From Isurus oxyrinchus (Eukaryota): a stretch of DNA of 64,000 nucleotides. Within the stretch, counting starts at the first letter, position 1. Each line of letters begins with the position of its first letter. Of the stretch, positions 1 to 13,199 are shown piece after piece. Under the pieces are notes generated by a model, which ran no database searches, was not told where the DNA came from, and saw nothing but the letters and a program-made list of their open reading frames with translations. The stretch spans positions 4,712,001 through 4,776,000 of the forward strand of contig JANJGN010000034.1 of the NCBI GenBank assembly GCA_026770705.1, written 5' to 3'. Both the position numbers and the translations under genes were made by a program.

Positions 1-420
1 ATATTAAAGTGGATGGCCTGCTGTCCTAAACACTTCTTTGTACATGTTCGTCAACATCCTGGAAAGTTAACCATTCCAATTAAATGAAAACTCATGGAAG
101 TGATATGTCATTCTTATGAATGTTTGATGATATTTATCAATATTAACCCAATGATTAAATTGCAATTATTTTTTTCCCAAAGTGATCTGCAAATCTTGGT
201 CCAATATGTTTCCCTTCTTCCTCAGCACCAAATTCAACTGTGCAGCTTTTTCAGTTGTTTTGAAACATGTTTGTGAATTGTCTTCTTTTGATAATACTGC
301 TGAAATTCCTGGCGATTATTAACTTATGTTCTAGCAAAATGCATGCACTTAAAGCCCCTTGGCGCCATAATTCTATAGTTCTTGCACAGCCCAATGATAT
401 CACTGCAGATTTGATTCTCT

Positions 421-482
421 ATTTCTCTCTCTCTCTTTCATTCCCTCTATCTCTCTCAGTTTCTCTCTATCTCTCTCTCTCA
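421..482. repeat. (CT)n microsatellite, imperfect
   Basis: Direct reading. Confidence 0.9.
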
Positions 483-949
483 AAAACACATACAATCACA
501 TAATTTTGAGAACTGTCGAATATCTCAATGAGCATGACGGCACCTTAAAAATGTCTATCCAAACATGTAAAGATTTTGTCTCCACGATGTATTTGGCCCA
601 GTGTAATATTTGAGAAACTTCCTTAATTAGGCATGGCCGCGACATACTTTAATTACTTATTTTTTATCCGTGCTCTACCTTTCCTGTAAACTTCAGATCC
701 TTAAACCGCTAAACTTGCAATCCCCACTAGTTTCAAACCACTTTTCTATCAGTGTCAGGAAGTGATTTTACCAGTAGGCTTTCTGCCGTTTTAGCACATT
801 AACAATGTTTACCGTGCTGTGTTCAAACACGCATGTATTCACTTCCTATATCTCCATTATTGATCGGTCTCTAAGTGATTCAGAATGATTTTGTTATTCA
901 TGTGATGCATTCTTTTCTGACAGTCTCAGAATTTTTCCAATTCCCTAAT

Positions 950-1780
950 TGTGATTCAGAAAGTGCTTCGAATTCCGTGAACCACTGCACTTCTTCTGGT
1001 GCTTTTATACAGACAGTAATCTTTGGCAGTTATTTCCAAGAATATTTTTTTAACCCGGCGATAATGATGGAGTGGCGATATTATTCCAGGCCGGGGCCAT
1101 CTCTGGCTACGTGGACAGCGTCAATGGTATGCTGCTTCCACGCATCTGTTTCCCTTGATTTGTCAGTTGGTAGGTGTCTGTATTATTCAATAGCATCTCC
1201 ATTGTTTCTTGTATGTAGCATGCTCAGGTGGTTGCCGTATTTTGCAGGGGGATTGTGATGTTAATTTATGATAAACTCGTTAGGATCAGGCCTGTTGCGT
1301 GTTTTGAATGCTGCCGATTTTCCTGTCTGTTCTGGGAATGACTCCTATCTAGTCATGTGGTAGCATCCGTATTGTCCTTTAAGTTTTTTTCTTGTAGATA
1401 GTGGACCTAATTCTATGAGTCAGTGAATCCAAGTGTAAGAACAGGATTTTCAGAATATGACTTGCAATGTTCATAATATTTACACTGTTAGACCATTGCA
1501 TGTGTCTGGGTGAAGACAACCACTGGGCTTTTGATACTGGTGGATTCAATGATAATAATTGGTTGAGGAGTACAGCAATATGATTAAGTTCTCTCTTGTT
1601 GGAGTATCTAATTGCCTGGTACTTCTCCCGTGCAATAGACACCTGTCACGTAGCGGCCCAAGATTGAAATTCGTATAGGTAATGCCACTCACAAGCATAA
1701 ACTGCTTCTGCATCCAATAGGTCTTCAATAGTACCACCCTTTTTGCGAGCAGGTGAAAACATATGTGCATTTCAACTTAT
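950..1780 (-). mobile_element. Highly degraded Penelope-like retroelement fragment
   Basis: Minus strand gives PARKKGGTI (cf. KPADKGGAIV) and FLHLD...TIYKKKT (cf. FLD...TxYRKPT); heavily frameshifted. Confidence 0.4.
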
Positions 1781-1799
1781 GCTGGAGGGATGAACATTT

Positions 1800-2070
1800 T
1801 TCCAGCAATAAATATGCTTGAACCTATGACAATAGCTTAAGGAAGTCCTTCAATGTTTCTTACTGTCTGAGCTGAATGACCACAAACAAGCCAAATCATC
1901 TGGTTTGGATAGTTATGAATACAGCCAGTGGATAATTGGAGAATATTCGCCTTGGATTCCATTGAATTTAATTTTGCAATCGGTCCTTCATGGCACAGTG
2001 AATGGAATAGTGCATTAATGTCCAAAGCAGTCACTCCTGCCTTAACTGAGATGTCCAACTGTTTTTCATG
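1800..2070 (-). mobile_element. CR1-clade LINE RT fragment
   Basis: ORF 1837-2058 VTALDINALFHSLCHEGPIAKLNSM resembles RT motif ALDIKAAFDRVWHxGxxxKL. Confidence 0.65.
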
Positions 2071-3049
2071 TAATGTTCAGAGTGATGTTATATTCACGCC
2101 AGGCGCTAAATGGCTCTAGTGCAATGTCATAAAGGGATGAACATTGTTGTGCATTTTGTTCATATTTGCGTGTTACTTTATAGCAGTAGTGACAAAATAG
2201 ATATGGTTTTGTTGATGTTTTCTCATTTTAGTCTGTAGTTGACCGGTAGGTGGTCAGAAGGGTTTTTTCTGCATTTTTGTGGACAAAGCATACTTGTTTT
2301 GAGCAATGCATGCCTGGGCGGAAATTTTGCAGAGGGAAATTGGCTCTTTTGCAAATAAATGCAACGCACAGGCCTTCTGAAATGCAACCGGAATTCTATC
2401 AGAGCGTTTACTGTATCAGCGGATTTGCCATTGCATGATACCACATGATATCTTCTCGCCATGTCCTTCTTAAATCCATAGAGAGGCATATTTTATATGT
2501 GGGTTGTTTCCGTTATTTGGGACAAAAGCTGTTCTCCTTTAGCCTGGACAATTGGTTGTTTGTTTTCGCAGTTTAAATCATACCAAACATTACCCAGAAA
2601 AATTCAAATGAATCATTGATCAAACTTTTTCCTAAAAACCCGAAGTTGGAGAAAGCTTTTCTGGTTAAAGCACAATGCAGTATGGATTGGCCTCACTACC
2701 TGAACAAGGCCCTTCAGATGTAAAGATCATTTCAGGGAATGTCTTTTGATTTTGATGAAACAAGGTATTTGCTGCACATTAGCAATGATGGAGAAATAAA
2801 TGGAGTCTTGCCAGTATTGTGAGTTACCAATCAAGGGGTCCAGGAGAGTCGGAATGCCATGTCATTTTCCTCAAACATAAAACGAGTTTGCTGTTTTTCT
2901 AATGAAATATTATAGGATGTACGATACTTTTCTACTCTGAGATCTCCTAATTTGGATGGGAACCTGATGCATGCTTGCACTTGCTCAGCATATAGCACCT
3001 ATCGCCTTCTTTTGTTCACTAAAGATATTACACATAGTTCAATCAAGCA

Positions 3050-4250
3050 GAAAGTAGTTGAAGTACAGAAATGAGTTGCAAGTGACCACCCTTGACATCA
3101 AGGCAGTATTTGACTCCGACTGGCGTCAGAAGAGCAGAGTCAATGGGAATCAGTGGAAAACACTCCACTGGATGAAGTCATACCTAGCTCAAAGGAAGAT
3201 GTTTCTGGATGTTGGAGGTCTATCTTCTGAGTGCTTGAACTTTACTGCAGGAGTTCCGCAGGCTAGTGCCCAAGGCTCAACCGTCTTCAGTTGATTCATA
3301 ACTGTCCATAAGGGATAATGTGAGATGCAGGGCTGTTTGCACAGTATTCATCACCGTTCATTGCTCCTTCCATTGTGAAGCAGTTGATGACCAATTGCAT
3401 CAGGATCTAGGCAATACCGAGGCTTGGGCTGACAAGTGGCAATCAACATTGGCGCCAGCCAAGGTCCAGCCAATGAGCACGAACAAGAGTGAATCTACCC
3501 ATCGCCCCGTGACACGCAATGGTATTACCATCGCCAAATCCCCCAATTTCAACAACCTGGAGATTGCTACTGAGCAGAAATTGAACGGGACTAGCCATAT
3601 GAATACTGCAACTTCAAGAACTGTTCAGGGCAACAATTTCTCTACCGAGTAACTCGCCGCCTGTCAAAACAAAACCCCTTCACCATCTGGAAGGCACAAA
3701 AAGTAGTGTGATGCTTACTGGGCACTTTCCCGAATTGGTCCAGCTGCAACAACTTTCAAGAAGAACCAGAGTATCCAGATCAAAGCATCTGGTTTGACTG
3801 GCACCGCATCTACAAGCATTCAGTCATTCCACCACCAAGTCACCATGCCAGGAGAGTGTAACTCAAGAACTCGCCAACTTTCCATCAGCGGCACCTTTCA
3901 AATCCACTGCCAGTTACATCAAGGAGGACAAGAGAAGGAAACACATGAGAATGCCATGACCTGGAGGATCCACTGAAAACGAATTACAATCCGACGGTGG
4001 AAAGATTTTTCCCTTCTTTCACTGTTGCTTGATCAAAATGCTGAAATTCCCGGCAGAACAGTACTGTGACATTTTATGCATCGCCTGGGCTGCAACGGTT
4101 CGAGATAAAAGCTCAGCAGCATCGTTAAAGCCATTTCGGATTGTACAATGCATTGTGGCCCGCCCAGCGATGCTAAAATGCCATGAATAATAATAATATT
4201 AATAATAATAATACTAATAATAATATTAAAACAATAATAATAATAATAAC
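3050..4250 (+). mobile_element. 5'-truncated CR1-clade LINE (RT to 3' tail, (AAT)n end)
   Basis: LDIKAVFDSDW, AGVPQ, QDLGNTEAWADKWQ motifs; ends with an (AAT)n tract at ~4187-4250. Confidence 0.85.
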
Positions 4251-4324
4251 AAACTTCTCAAGCTCGCCCTGAGAAAGAAACACTGAAATATTTGAAGAAC
4301 GTTAAGCACTTTCACTTTAATTGC

Positions 4325-4545
4325 GATGGGGTCCATGGTGATGGGGAATACAGGGACTGGGGAACACGGTGACGGAAACACAGTGGCTGGCGAACACGGT
4401 GACGGGGAACAAGGTGTTGGGGGGGGCTATGGTAATTGGTGAACACGGTGAAGAGGAACACGGTGATCGTGAGCGTGCCGATGGGAACATGGTGACCGTG
4501 AATACAGTGATGGGCTATCTGGTGACTGTAGAACAAGGGAACATT
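4325..4545. repeat. Degenerate ~15-nt minisatellite (GGGGAACACGGTGAY)
   Basis: Repeated gaacacggtga cores at roughly 15-nt spacing. Confidence 0.8.
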
Positions 4546-5310
4546 CTCGTAAGAACTTTTGTGCCCATGAGATCATCCAATTTTTCACAGACATTGGAAT
4601 TCGATTGAAGATGTGCCAATGTTGCAATGCATTGAATCCTAATGTAAGAATGGTGAAGCCTTTTCTTTTGGTTGACGTTCAAACTCTCCACCTTCACCGG
4701 TAAAATTTTCCTGAACTGTTTTCAATTGTTTTCCAATTAAACATTCCATCAGTGTCGCACTCCCTGAGTGCTGGCCAGGTGGCAGTGCAGTAACGCATGA
4801 GAATTAAAACTCGGAGCTTTAATACAGGTTTTTATTAATGTCACACGGTTGAATATAAGTCCAAAAAACTTGAAGGCAAAATAATTAAATTTCACACGGA
4901 ATGAATGAATGTCGTGTATTCTGTAATTTTGCTCAAGGCCAATTTTTAGTCTCCTGCGTATTAGTTTAACATTTTATCGATATGAATCAATGGACTTGCA
5001 ATGGATTCCCATTTCCGGCCTCTACAATGAAGTTCAGTCCCTTTGTATCAATAGAAAGCCGTCAAGAGACCGGATGCATCACGGGTGGCCAATTCTAGCT
5101 ATTTTTTCCATCCATAATACGATTAGCTTCCCATTGCAATTTGCTGTCATGCTGATCTACTTGGAGATCAGAATTTCATTCAAGATTTATTTGTGCGATA
5201 CATTATGCAAAAGTTCTGCACACACGTTTTCACTGTTCTGTTATTCTCCCTCTTTTTTTTTCTTGGAAAAGTCCAGGAATCTTATATCTTTGTTCCTTAC
5301 TATTATGTAG

Positions 5311-5346
5311 AAGTCCAGAAACTGAAGGACAGCCTCGATGATCAAG
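5311..5346 (+). CDS. Coiled-coil microexon A1 (36 nt, phase 1-1): (E)VQKLKDSLDDQ
   Basis: Pyrimidine tract + tatgtag acceptor; CAAG|gtgact donor; 36 nt; heptad Leu pattern shared with the other 36-nt exons. The first residue depends on an unseen upstream exon. Confidence 0.85.
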
Positions 5347-6635
5347 GTGACTGCAAGATGAGTTATCGTTCACATGAAGATGGTAAACTAACTTTTATTT
5401 ATGTCCTCTTTGCTGAAGTTGAATGCTCACTGAATTATTTCATTATATTTTTCTTTTAACATTGTTCAATTGCTTCCTTGCTTCTAAAAGCTGATGGTAC
5501 CAATTGCGATGTACGTTTGTGAAATTGGTCATAGAGTAGGGGAGGAAAAAAGGAGTCCTTGTTCCTTGTGCATTTATACATCGCTCACTCTTCAACCTTC
5601 AGCTGCATGGACATCAAAATAATTTCTGCCCTGTCATTTGATGAATACAATGGTGACTCCGTAACTTTCACGAATCAGTAAGATAAGGAACATGAAATCT
5701 CTCTGTATTTGCTTCAGAATAATCTGAAACAACTGCGCCTTCAGCATGTGGTCTAACAATGCTGGAACTAGAATTATTTGTGTTTCGACAGTTCGCAGCT
5801 CCGATAAGGTGTGATCTGAATATGTACAAATGTGCAGAATGGGACTGTCCTCCCCAGATCAGCACAGGAGGTCTTTATGGATTTTTGTGCCGTATCAACA
5901 CAGTTTCAGCTCATTTTATACGCACATCCTTTGTTTGTATTTTTCACACAGTCTCACACCATTCTGGATTCCTCTTTAGACACTATAAAACGAGGACCTT
6001 AAATTCATGGGCATTTATTTGGAACCCAATGCATGTGTGCTGCGTTTATCTTGTCGATAGGCGTCATGATTTGAAACATATCCGCTTCGTCAATCCTCTG
6101 CCTCTAGAGAAAGGAATCAAAGCCACTTTGCCCTTTCCTGATAGAGATGAATTATGATTACGGTTGGGAAATACACCTGTGTTGATTTTGACATTTCAGC
6201 TATCGATTTTTTAAATCTCCTGTTAATTTGCTTTGCATTTTAAATTAACTTTGCAAATGCCAAGGCTTGGAAAATCTAATTTGTATGAAGTCCAGGAACT
6301 TGCATTGCCCTACAAGTATGATTTGACAAAACTTGTAATTAACTTTAAAGTAAAAAAAAAACAAGAATATTTGTTACTGCTGGATAGTTTCCTCTATATC
6401 AATGATTAAGACTTCCTTTCCCTATTTATGCTCGGTAGCACGCCAATAAACAAACCTGGTAGAGTATTTTCTTTCCATATCGACAGCACTTTTTTTAATA
6501 AGCTAACTACAATGAAATAGTGATCGTATTGTTTTCAAGTTAGGTCTAAATTAATGTTCCCAGAAGATCGTGAAAATAACCTTTCGCTCATGTGACAGTT
6601 CATATGATCAAATTATGAATTGATATCCCGAATAG

Positions 6636-6662
6636 AACAGAAATTGGGCAAGAAGGACAGAG
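6636..6662 (+). CDS. Coiled-coil microexon B1 (27 nt): EQKLGKKDR
   Basis: aatag acceptor; AGAG|gtaagg strong donor; matches the 27-nt E-x-K-L-x-K-K consensus. Confidence 0.85.
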
Positions 6663-7740
6663 GTAAGGCTACTGGCCTCTATCTAGGCTAAGTTTATGTT
6701 TCTAGTCTATTTTAAGCTCGTTCATGCTTTGCCGGTCGCATTTCAAAAATAAATTGAAGTATTCTTACTGAACATGCTAAAATAATATTCTGTATTATTG
6801 TAGTTTTTTTGTCCCTTATGAAAAATTTGCTGCCCGGAACTTGTGCAGTTATTCTTTACCTTCGAGGCAAAGTTGGTTCCTTTAATGTTTCTCTTACTTC
6901 AAATTTTCCAATCCAAATCTTCCTCTATTGTATGTAAGTTATACATAGGAGAGTGAAGTGAAAATAAAATTGTCATAACCTTCAAAACTCAATCTTTGGG
7001 AACCAGCTAGGCAATTTTGTCCAGCTCTTAGTGCCACGTAATCAAACAACTTTAATGCCCTCGAGGAGCATATAGGTAATATTTTGCAATTTGGAACAAC
7101 AGATAAATTATTTCACTTAGGCAGAGTGCTTATATGGTTCAGCACTATAAAAAATGTATTTACCATACTTTAAAAATTGAAATCAAGGTTGACAGATTTC
7201 GTAACAAGGGATTATTTGTCCTGGCAGAAGGTCAGAACTCAAAGTACAGAGTTTGAAGATAATGGCCAAAAGATGGATTATAATCTAATTAGCAGTCAAT
7301 TGCTGCGATCTGAAACACACTCGTTGAAGGGAGAATGAAAAACGTGAAACACTAACTTTCAAAGCAGTATTCGGGAGAAACAACCAGGCAGGCAATCTGG
7401 AGGACTCTAAGGAACAAATACAACAACTCTTTAAGAGAACCAACACTGTCAAGATGGCAGTATGTGTAAAATGCGATTGTTTAATTTCAAACAGCTCTGC
7501 TGCCTGCTTAATATTTTATACTATCAAAATGTATATAACTGAAATTCGGAAGGAAATTAAAATTTAGAATTGTTCTGTACCAACCATTATGTACTAGAGG
7601 CTAATGTGAGCTCTGCAGCCATTGTTCTGGCTTGAGCGATGTGAAGCTATGGCTATCTGCGAGTTTCTCGAAACCATATCAAGGATATAATCTTTACTAC
7701 CCCACCCTCTTCCCCACCCCACCCCAAAAACCATCCTAAG

Positions 7741-7776
7741 AACTGGAGAAGCTGAGGAAAAAGCTGGAAGATTATG
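7741..7776 (+). CDS. Coiled-coil microexon A2 (36 nt): ELEKLRKKLEDY
   Basis: cctaag acceptor after C-rich tract; TATG|gtgagc donor; closely similar to the exon at 11395. Confidence 0.85.
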
Positions 7777-9091
7777 GTGAGCACTAAACTAATTCATTTG
7801 TTAACCATTTTATTAAGTGAATATCAGTGCATGTGTCAGTCTCACTGGCGCAGCAGCCGTGTCTTCCCTGGGACTTAAGCATATGTTGAAACAATACTCT
7901 TTCTGGGATGCAAGCCAGTGTGCATCTAATCGGATATTTGGTATAGAAATTACATTGTGCTGCCGTCAACAAAGCGCGGTCTATATGTTGCCAAAAGTGA
8001 TTCCCTTCCTTTGTTATCAAAGTCCATGATGAACTTAGGACTCAACGAGTCGCCAGGCATCACTCATTATATTAATGCAATCATAAGCACATGAAGAGAT
8101 CTCCTGATGTTCGTACCATGAAAAGGTTATAATCTAAATGTGGACACAAACCGATCAGAAGTACCATCCGGATGCCCTTTCTCCCGCTAAACTATCCTGG
8201 AATTCAGGCACGCTCGTCCCCCCGTCCCCCCCAACCACTAACCCACTCCACCTCACCACCACAAAACACCCCCCTCTGCACACACACAAAAATATTGCTC
8301 TGGCTAGATCAACTCTTAATTCAAAGTGTTTGATTGATTGTTGTTGTGCCATAATAATATGTCACGCTAATGCGGGAGATAAACAACAGCCATGACTTAA
8401 TTGGTAACTGTACGAAGTAACAGGCTGGAGCCCAAGATTGGATTAATCATTTTACATAGTTCCCCATTGCCTGTTACTCCCAACTTTACTCCTGCTACGG
8501 TTCATATTGATGTTATTTGTCTGTTAAGTCTAGTTTTGGCTATTCTGTCTTCTGCATTTCCACGACCATTATATGTTGTCTACATTGGAGGTTACAGAAA
8601 AACACTGCTGCCCGTCAAAGACATCTAAAAAAGAATGAATGAGATATAGTGCTAGTGCTCGATGAACTAGATTGGATCTTTTAAAAGTAACAACCCGATA
8701 CTGCAATGCCCATTCTGTTCAAATTCCACATTCCCTGTTACCTCCTCCAGCCTGACAAATTTTTAGGCTATGTAAATCTGTCGAATATGTGCCTTTTGAG
8801 GTGCCACGTAGTAAATTGCTCCAAATTTTAAGTTTGTACCTTGAATGGTCCAGGCAGTAAGAGTGGAAATTAATGCGTAAATCTCTTTTTGATCCTTACG
8901 CTTCTCTCATGCATGAAGGCGCAATGTAAGACTTACTGATTTCACCAAGCTTCTCTAATATCAACTTACCTTGATTTGAGTCTAATAGGTTTTTTTATTC
9001 GCTATTGTGAAGTACTTATACTTTTTTTGATTATGTATAAACGTGAAAGTTTTGTTGTTATTCCTTTTACGATCATTGATATTTCTCTTAG

Positions 9092-9118
9092 AAGAAAAAT
9101 TGAATAAGGAAGAAAAAG
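9092..9118 (+). CDS. Coiled-coil microexon B2 (27 nt): EEKLNKEEK
   Basis: atttctcttag acceptor; AAAG|gtaaag donor; 27 nt, phase 1-1. Confidence 0.88.
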
Positions 9119-9399
9119 GTAAAGAAATGTTTGAAGACATTTTAGTAAATGATATTACAATTCTTGTTATTCTTGTTATTATTATTAGTTTTAATAATAA
9201 CAATATTTATGCTATGCTCCTTTTGTTTCTCCATAATTGGATTTGCTTCACAACCTGAAAATAGATTGCAATTTGCGATTTTTTTTAAATACTGGAGAAA
9301 AAGTCGAAGGATTTCCTAATGTTTGCTATGTGTATGTTCAATGTCGTATTTTCATTTGTAGCCAATGAAGCAGGCACACTTGCAAACAAGGGTATGCAC

Positions 9400-9557
9400 C
9401 AACACATGATCTCACACATGCACTCACACATACACACTGACACATGCCCACATACTCACATACCCACGCTCACGCACACACACACAAACACAGGTGCAAA
9501 CTCAGATGTGCATACTCAGATGCACACACTCAATCATGCATGCACACGCACACACAG
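9400..9557. repeat. Degenerate (CA)n tract
   Basis: Direct reading. Confidence 0.85.
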
Positions 9558-9942
9558 ATTATTTATACCTTTGTACCTTTATGCCTCTCTAGATGATGAG
9601 CAAGGTTGCAGCTGCATTGCTTGCATTAAGACATTGACTGCAATTTATTTATTGTCTTCTCAATGGGTTCTCAGGTAAGAAGCATGTGAGAGGTCATGCA
9701 TTAACTCTACTTCTTATTTTATTTCCTTTAGTTTCTGGAAATGGAGCATACATCGCATTGGCATTGTTGCACATCCAGCTCAGTTCTTTTTTTATCTTTT
9801 TGTTTTTGCTGATGGCCCCACAGTCACTGTAGGCCAAATGCTCCTCATCTACGATGTTTCTTTGTTCATCATTTCTAACATTTCTGTTACTGGCTACAGA
9901 TAGTGGCACGTACCTCATTCCCTACTATCGATATGTTTGTAG

Positions 9943-9978
9943 AGTTGAAGAAATTGAAGGAGAATGTAAACGATCACG
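9943..9978 (+). CDS. Coiled-coil microexon A3 (36 nt): ELKKLKENVNDH
   Basis: gtttgtag acceptor; CACG|gtgggt donor; similar to the exon at 5311 (KLKD/E...DQ/H). Confidence 0.85.
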
Positions 9979-10422
9979 GTGGGTGAAGCAGTTTTGATTT
10001 TACCTTTTGTTTCCTTTACGATGATTGACATTACAGAGTCCCTTCACCGATAATTATGTCTTCAATCGCTTGCCTGAGGGCAAAATGTTACGACAACTAG
10101 CTCAGGAATCAGATAGGGATATCAAGGAAAAATGTCGATTTGATTTTACAATGCCAGAAGATATAATTTGGGATGCATTGCTTCAAAACATTTTTGCAAG
10201 CAGATTCACTGCTAACTTGCACAGTCAGACAAAATATGTAATTTAAATAACAATAAGGCAGCATTATCTTTAAAGCAACCAAGGCTTTGGCAAACATTTG
10301 TTGCGCTTTTAACAGCAAGGACGGTATTGTAGTACATACTCCATTGTTCCCACATATATGTATACTTGGGCTATTTATAGCGTTGTAAATGTTTTGATTA
10401 ATTTGTACACATCGTCCAATAG

Positions 10423-10449
10423 GGAAAGAGCTTGGGAAAAAGGAAAAAG
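10423..10449 (+). CDS. Coiled-coil microexon B3 (27 nt): GKELGKKEK
   Basis: ccaatag acceptor; AAAG|gtaatg donor; similar to the exon at 6636 (LGKK). Confidence 0.85.
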
Positions 10450-11394
10450 GTAATGGCATGACCTTGGCTGTTTTTTATATAGTTCAAACTTGTTTTGCTT
10501 TGAAGCATTTGAATAGTCAATCTGTGTTCTTCAAATACATGTTGTGAGAGAAAAACGAAGCACATTGCTCCACGGGTTAATATTTTGAAATTGTATCCTA
10601 CACTCACTTTGAAGGGGTAATCAATGAGTTGGGACTTGCCAGGGGTTTTTGTGCGATTGTAAATGCTCCATCGTTATTTTTGCAATTGAATTGACATTGA
10701 TTCTTCTGGATTTGCGTGATAATTGCCATTTACTGCATCACAGTGTGTGACAATCAGTCCCACTCTTTCCTCTGGAAATTGAAGTAATATATGTCACAAT
10801 TTGTATCGTCCCGCTAAGAATAGTTCTTATGGATATTATTTCAAACCGGAAATTACTAACGTATTTTGCCTTCCTGAGTTGATTTATTGGTACAAGCATT
10901 CTTTCTTCTCCAAAAGTAAAAGCAAAATGCTGCATGCTCTGGAAATGGGAAATTGTGAAATAACCTGAAAATGCTGCAGAAACGCAGAAGGTCGAAAGAA
11001 TCTGCAGAGACAAACATGGTTAACGTTTCAAATCAATTGCAGAACTTCATCAGAACTGATCACTGACAGCTGAGTGTCTCCAGTGCTGCTAATTTTTATT
11101 GCTTTGTTTTTGATTTTTTTTTTTTACTATTAGTATGATTACCAATTATGGAGAGGTATCAGAGTATATTTCTGTCTTGCTTAGGATATTTTATGTACCT
11201 CCTATACTTTAGACTTTATATCAATCCTTCTTCAGTTAATTATTCTTTCACCACTCTGCAACACTGCCCGGATATGCAAAAGCACGTACTTATCATTTCG
11301 TAATGATTTCCGAGGGCGAGTATTTTTCGGTGTAGAACATTCTTAAAATTTAGGTGATGAATCATAGTGCTAACATTCGTTGTTCCTCCCCCAG

Positions 11395-11430
11395 AACTTG
11401 AGAAACTGAGAACCAATCTTCAGGACTGCC
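11395..11430 (+). CDS. Coiled-coil microexon A4 (36 nt): ELEKLRTNLQDC
   Basis: tgttcctccccag acceptor; TGCC|gtgagt donor; 36 nt. Confidence 0.88.
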
Positions 11431-12399
11431 GTGAGTAGAAAGCAATGGACTCAATATAACTTTAGAATGTCTGATTATCGACCCATTCCTGTGGTTCAAT
11501 CACACATGGTACAAAACGGCATGTCCCAGCCGCTATTTGCGATGGGCAGAGGACAGGCCGTACCCAAACAGCCCTTGTTTGCAGAATTCAAAATACAGTA
11601 TCCAACATTAGGTGTGATTCTATGAGTGTAGCTCATTTGATAAGTAGGTCTCACTGTGTGAAGAAATAAGCAGACAATAAATTTATAATTTTCAATTGGT
11701 CTCGCATTGGCGTGTGCTGGATGCTACACGCTTTAATGCACAGGGCCCTGTTCTTTGCAGGTAGGAAGGACACATAAACACATTGCTCCTGTTTCAGCTA
11801 AACAAAATAAGTTACTGCCATGTAGTTCCTTAGTCCTGAGGGCAATGCATTGATGAAGCAGGTCAAAGTGACTCTTTTATATTTGAACTAATATTTGGAT
11901 TTTAAATGTCAGTCACAATCAGTGGTGCATTCCACATGGTAAATACACTTGCCAACCAATCAGCCTTTTCTTCATATTCAGTGTAATTTTTCGTTTACCC
12001 CGTGTATTTGTATGCCAGCGAGGCACTGTTATGAGTGTACAAGAAGAGAATCATATTCGTGCCTCTTTTTTCCAGCAACTCACAAATTCTGTACTGCCAA
12101 ATGACTACTTCCTTAATTACTGATGCCGGTACTTTTACGGCAATATATTCGAGAGTAACTGGCTTGTATGGTTGCGTCCTTTCCCCGTCATTTCCTGGAT
12201 AGCGATTTTGTACTTAGGAACGACCTAGGCATTGAACTTTATCCAGGATCTGCTAAAGACGTGAAGCGTATCCATTATAATCTGAGCTTCAGCAGCTTGC
12301 TTCTCTGGGACCCATTGATGCAGGCTGTCGGATTCTGTAATATTGACAGCTTAAGTGTCCTAAAATGAGCCAATAATTTGCCGGCTTTATTGTTATCAC

Positions 12400-12862
12400 A
12401 TCTACAAATATCCACTCCCTCCACACCGAAACACATTTACAGCAGTGTGTAATGTTTACAAGGGGCAGTGCAGAAATTCGCCAAGCCAGCAGCTTCCAAA
12501 CACACGGCTGCTGCTATCTAAAAACTGAAGCGCAGCAGATGCTTGGGAACACCGCTACCTCTATCTGCCCCGCCCCCACACCTCATAACCCAAGCATCAC
12601 AAAATACGTACTTTGTAGTGATGCTCCTTCACTGTCGCTGGTTCAAAATTCTGGAACTCCCTTCCTAACAGCTTTTTGAGTATAATTTCATCACATGGGA
12701 TGCAGCTATTCAAAAAATCAGCTCACCACTTCATTCCCAAAACAAATTTGTTGCTGTCAATGAATGCAGGCCAAGTCACCAATGTTCATGCCACATGAAT
12801 GAAAGAGTCAGGAATGAATGAATGAGCAAATGAACGAATGCATTAATTAATTAATTAATTAA
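12400..12862 (+). mobile_element. 3' end of the same CR1-clade LINE family, with (GAAT)n/(TTAA)n tail
   Basis: Shares 'tcactgtcgctggttcaaaattctggaactccctt' and 'cagctcaccac' blocks with 3900-4190 and 37700-37900. Confidence 0.75.
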
Positions 12863-13199
12863 AAACCAGATCAATAAACTGGTCAATGAACACATAATAA
12901 ATACCATCTGCTTCTATTAATTGTCCTAATAACAGGTCTGTATTAGTCCCTTGGCTACACTCTCATATAAGTATGCCATTTAAGTTTTCTAACGTGAAAA
13001 CAGGTGAGGTTGGATTGGAGTCCCAAATTCGCTCCATCGCTAAGTCCACCAATTTCGAAACGCACATCAGCACCTGACTGCTCCCTTGTCGCAGCATCTC
13101 TCAACTAAAATGCCCATTCAAACTTGAGTTTCTGATTTGTTCATTGTTTATCAATGCACTCTTAGTTGTTTTCACACATCTATCAAATATAAACTTGAG

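Noticed and set aside
4325-4545. Repeat array as CRISPR-like
   Set aside because: Contiguous tandem units without unique spacers; eukaryotic context; no cas genes
9319-9678. His/Thr-rich ORF
   Set aside because: Translation of a (CA)n tract
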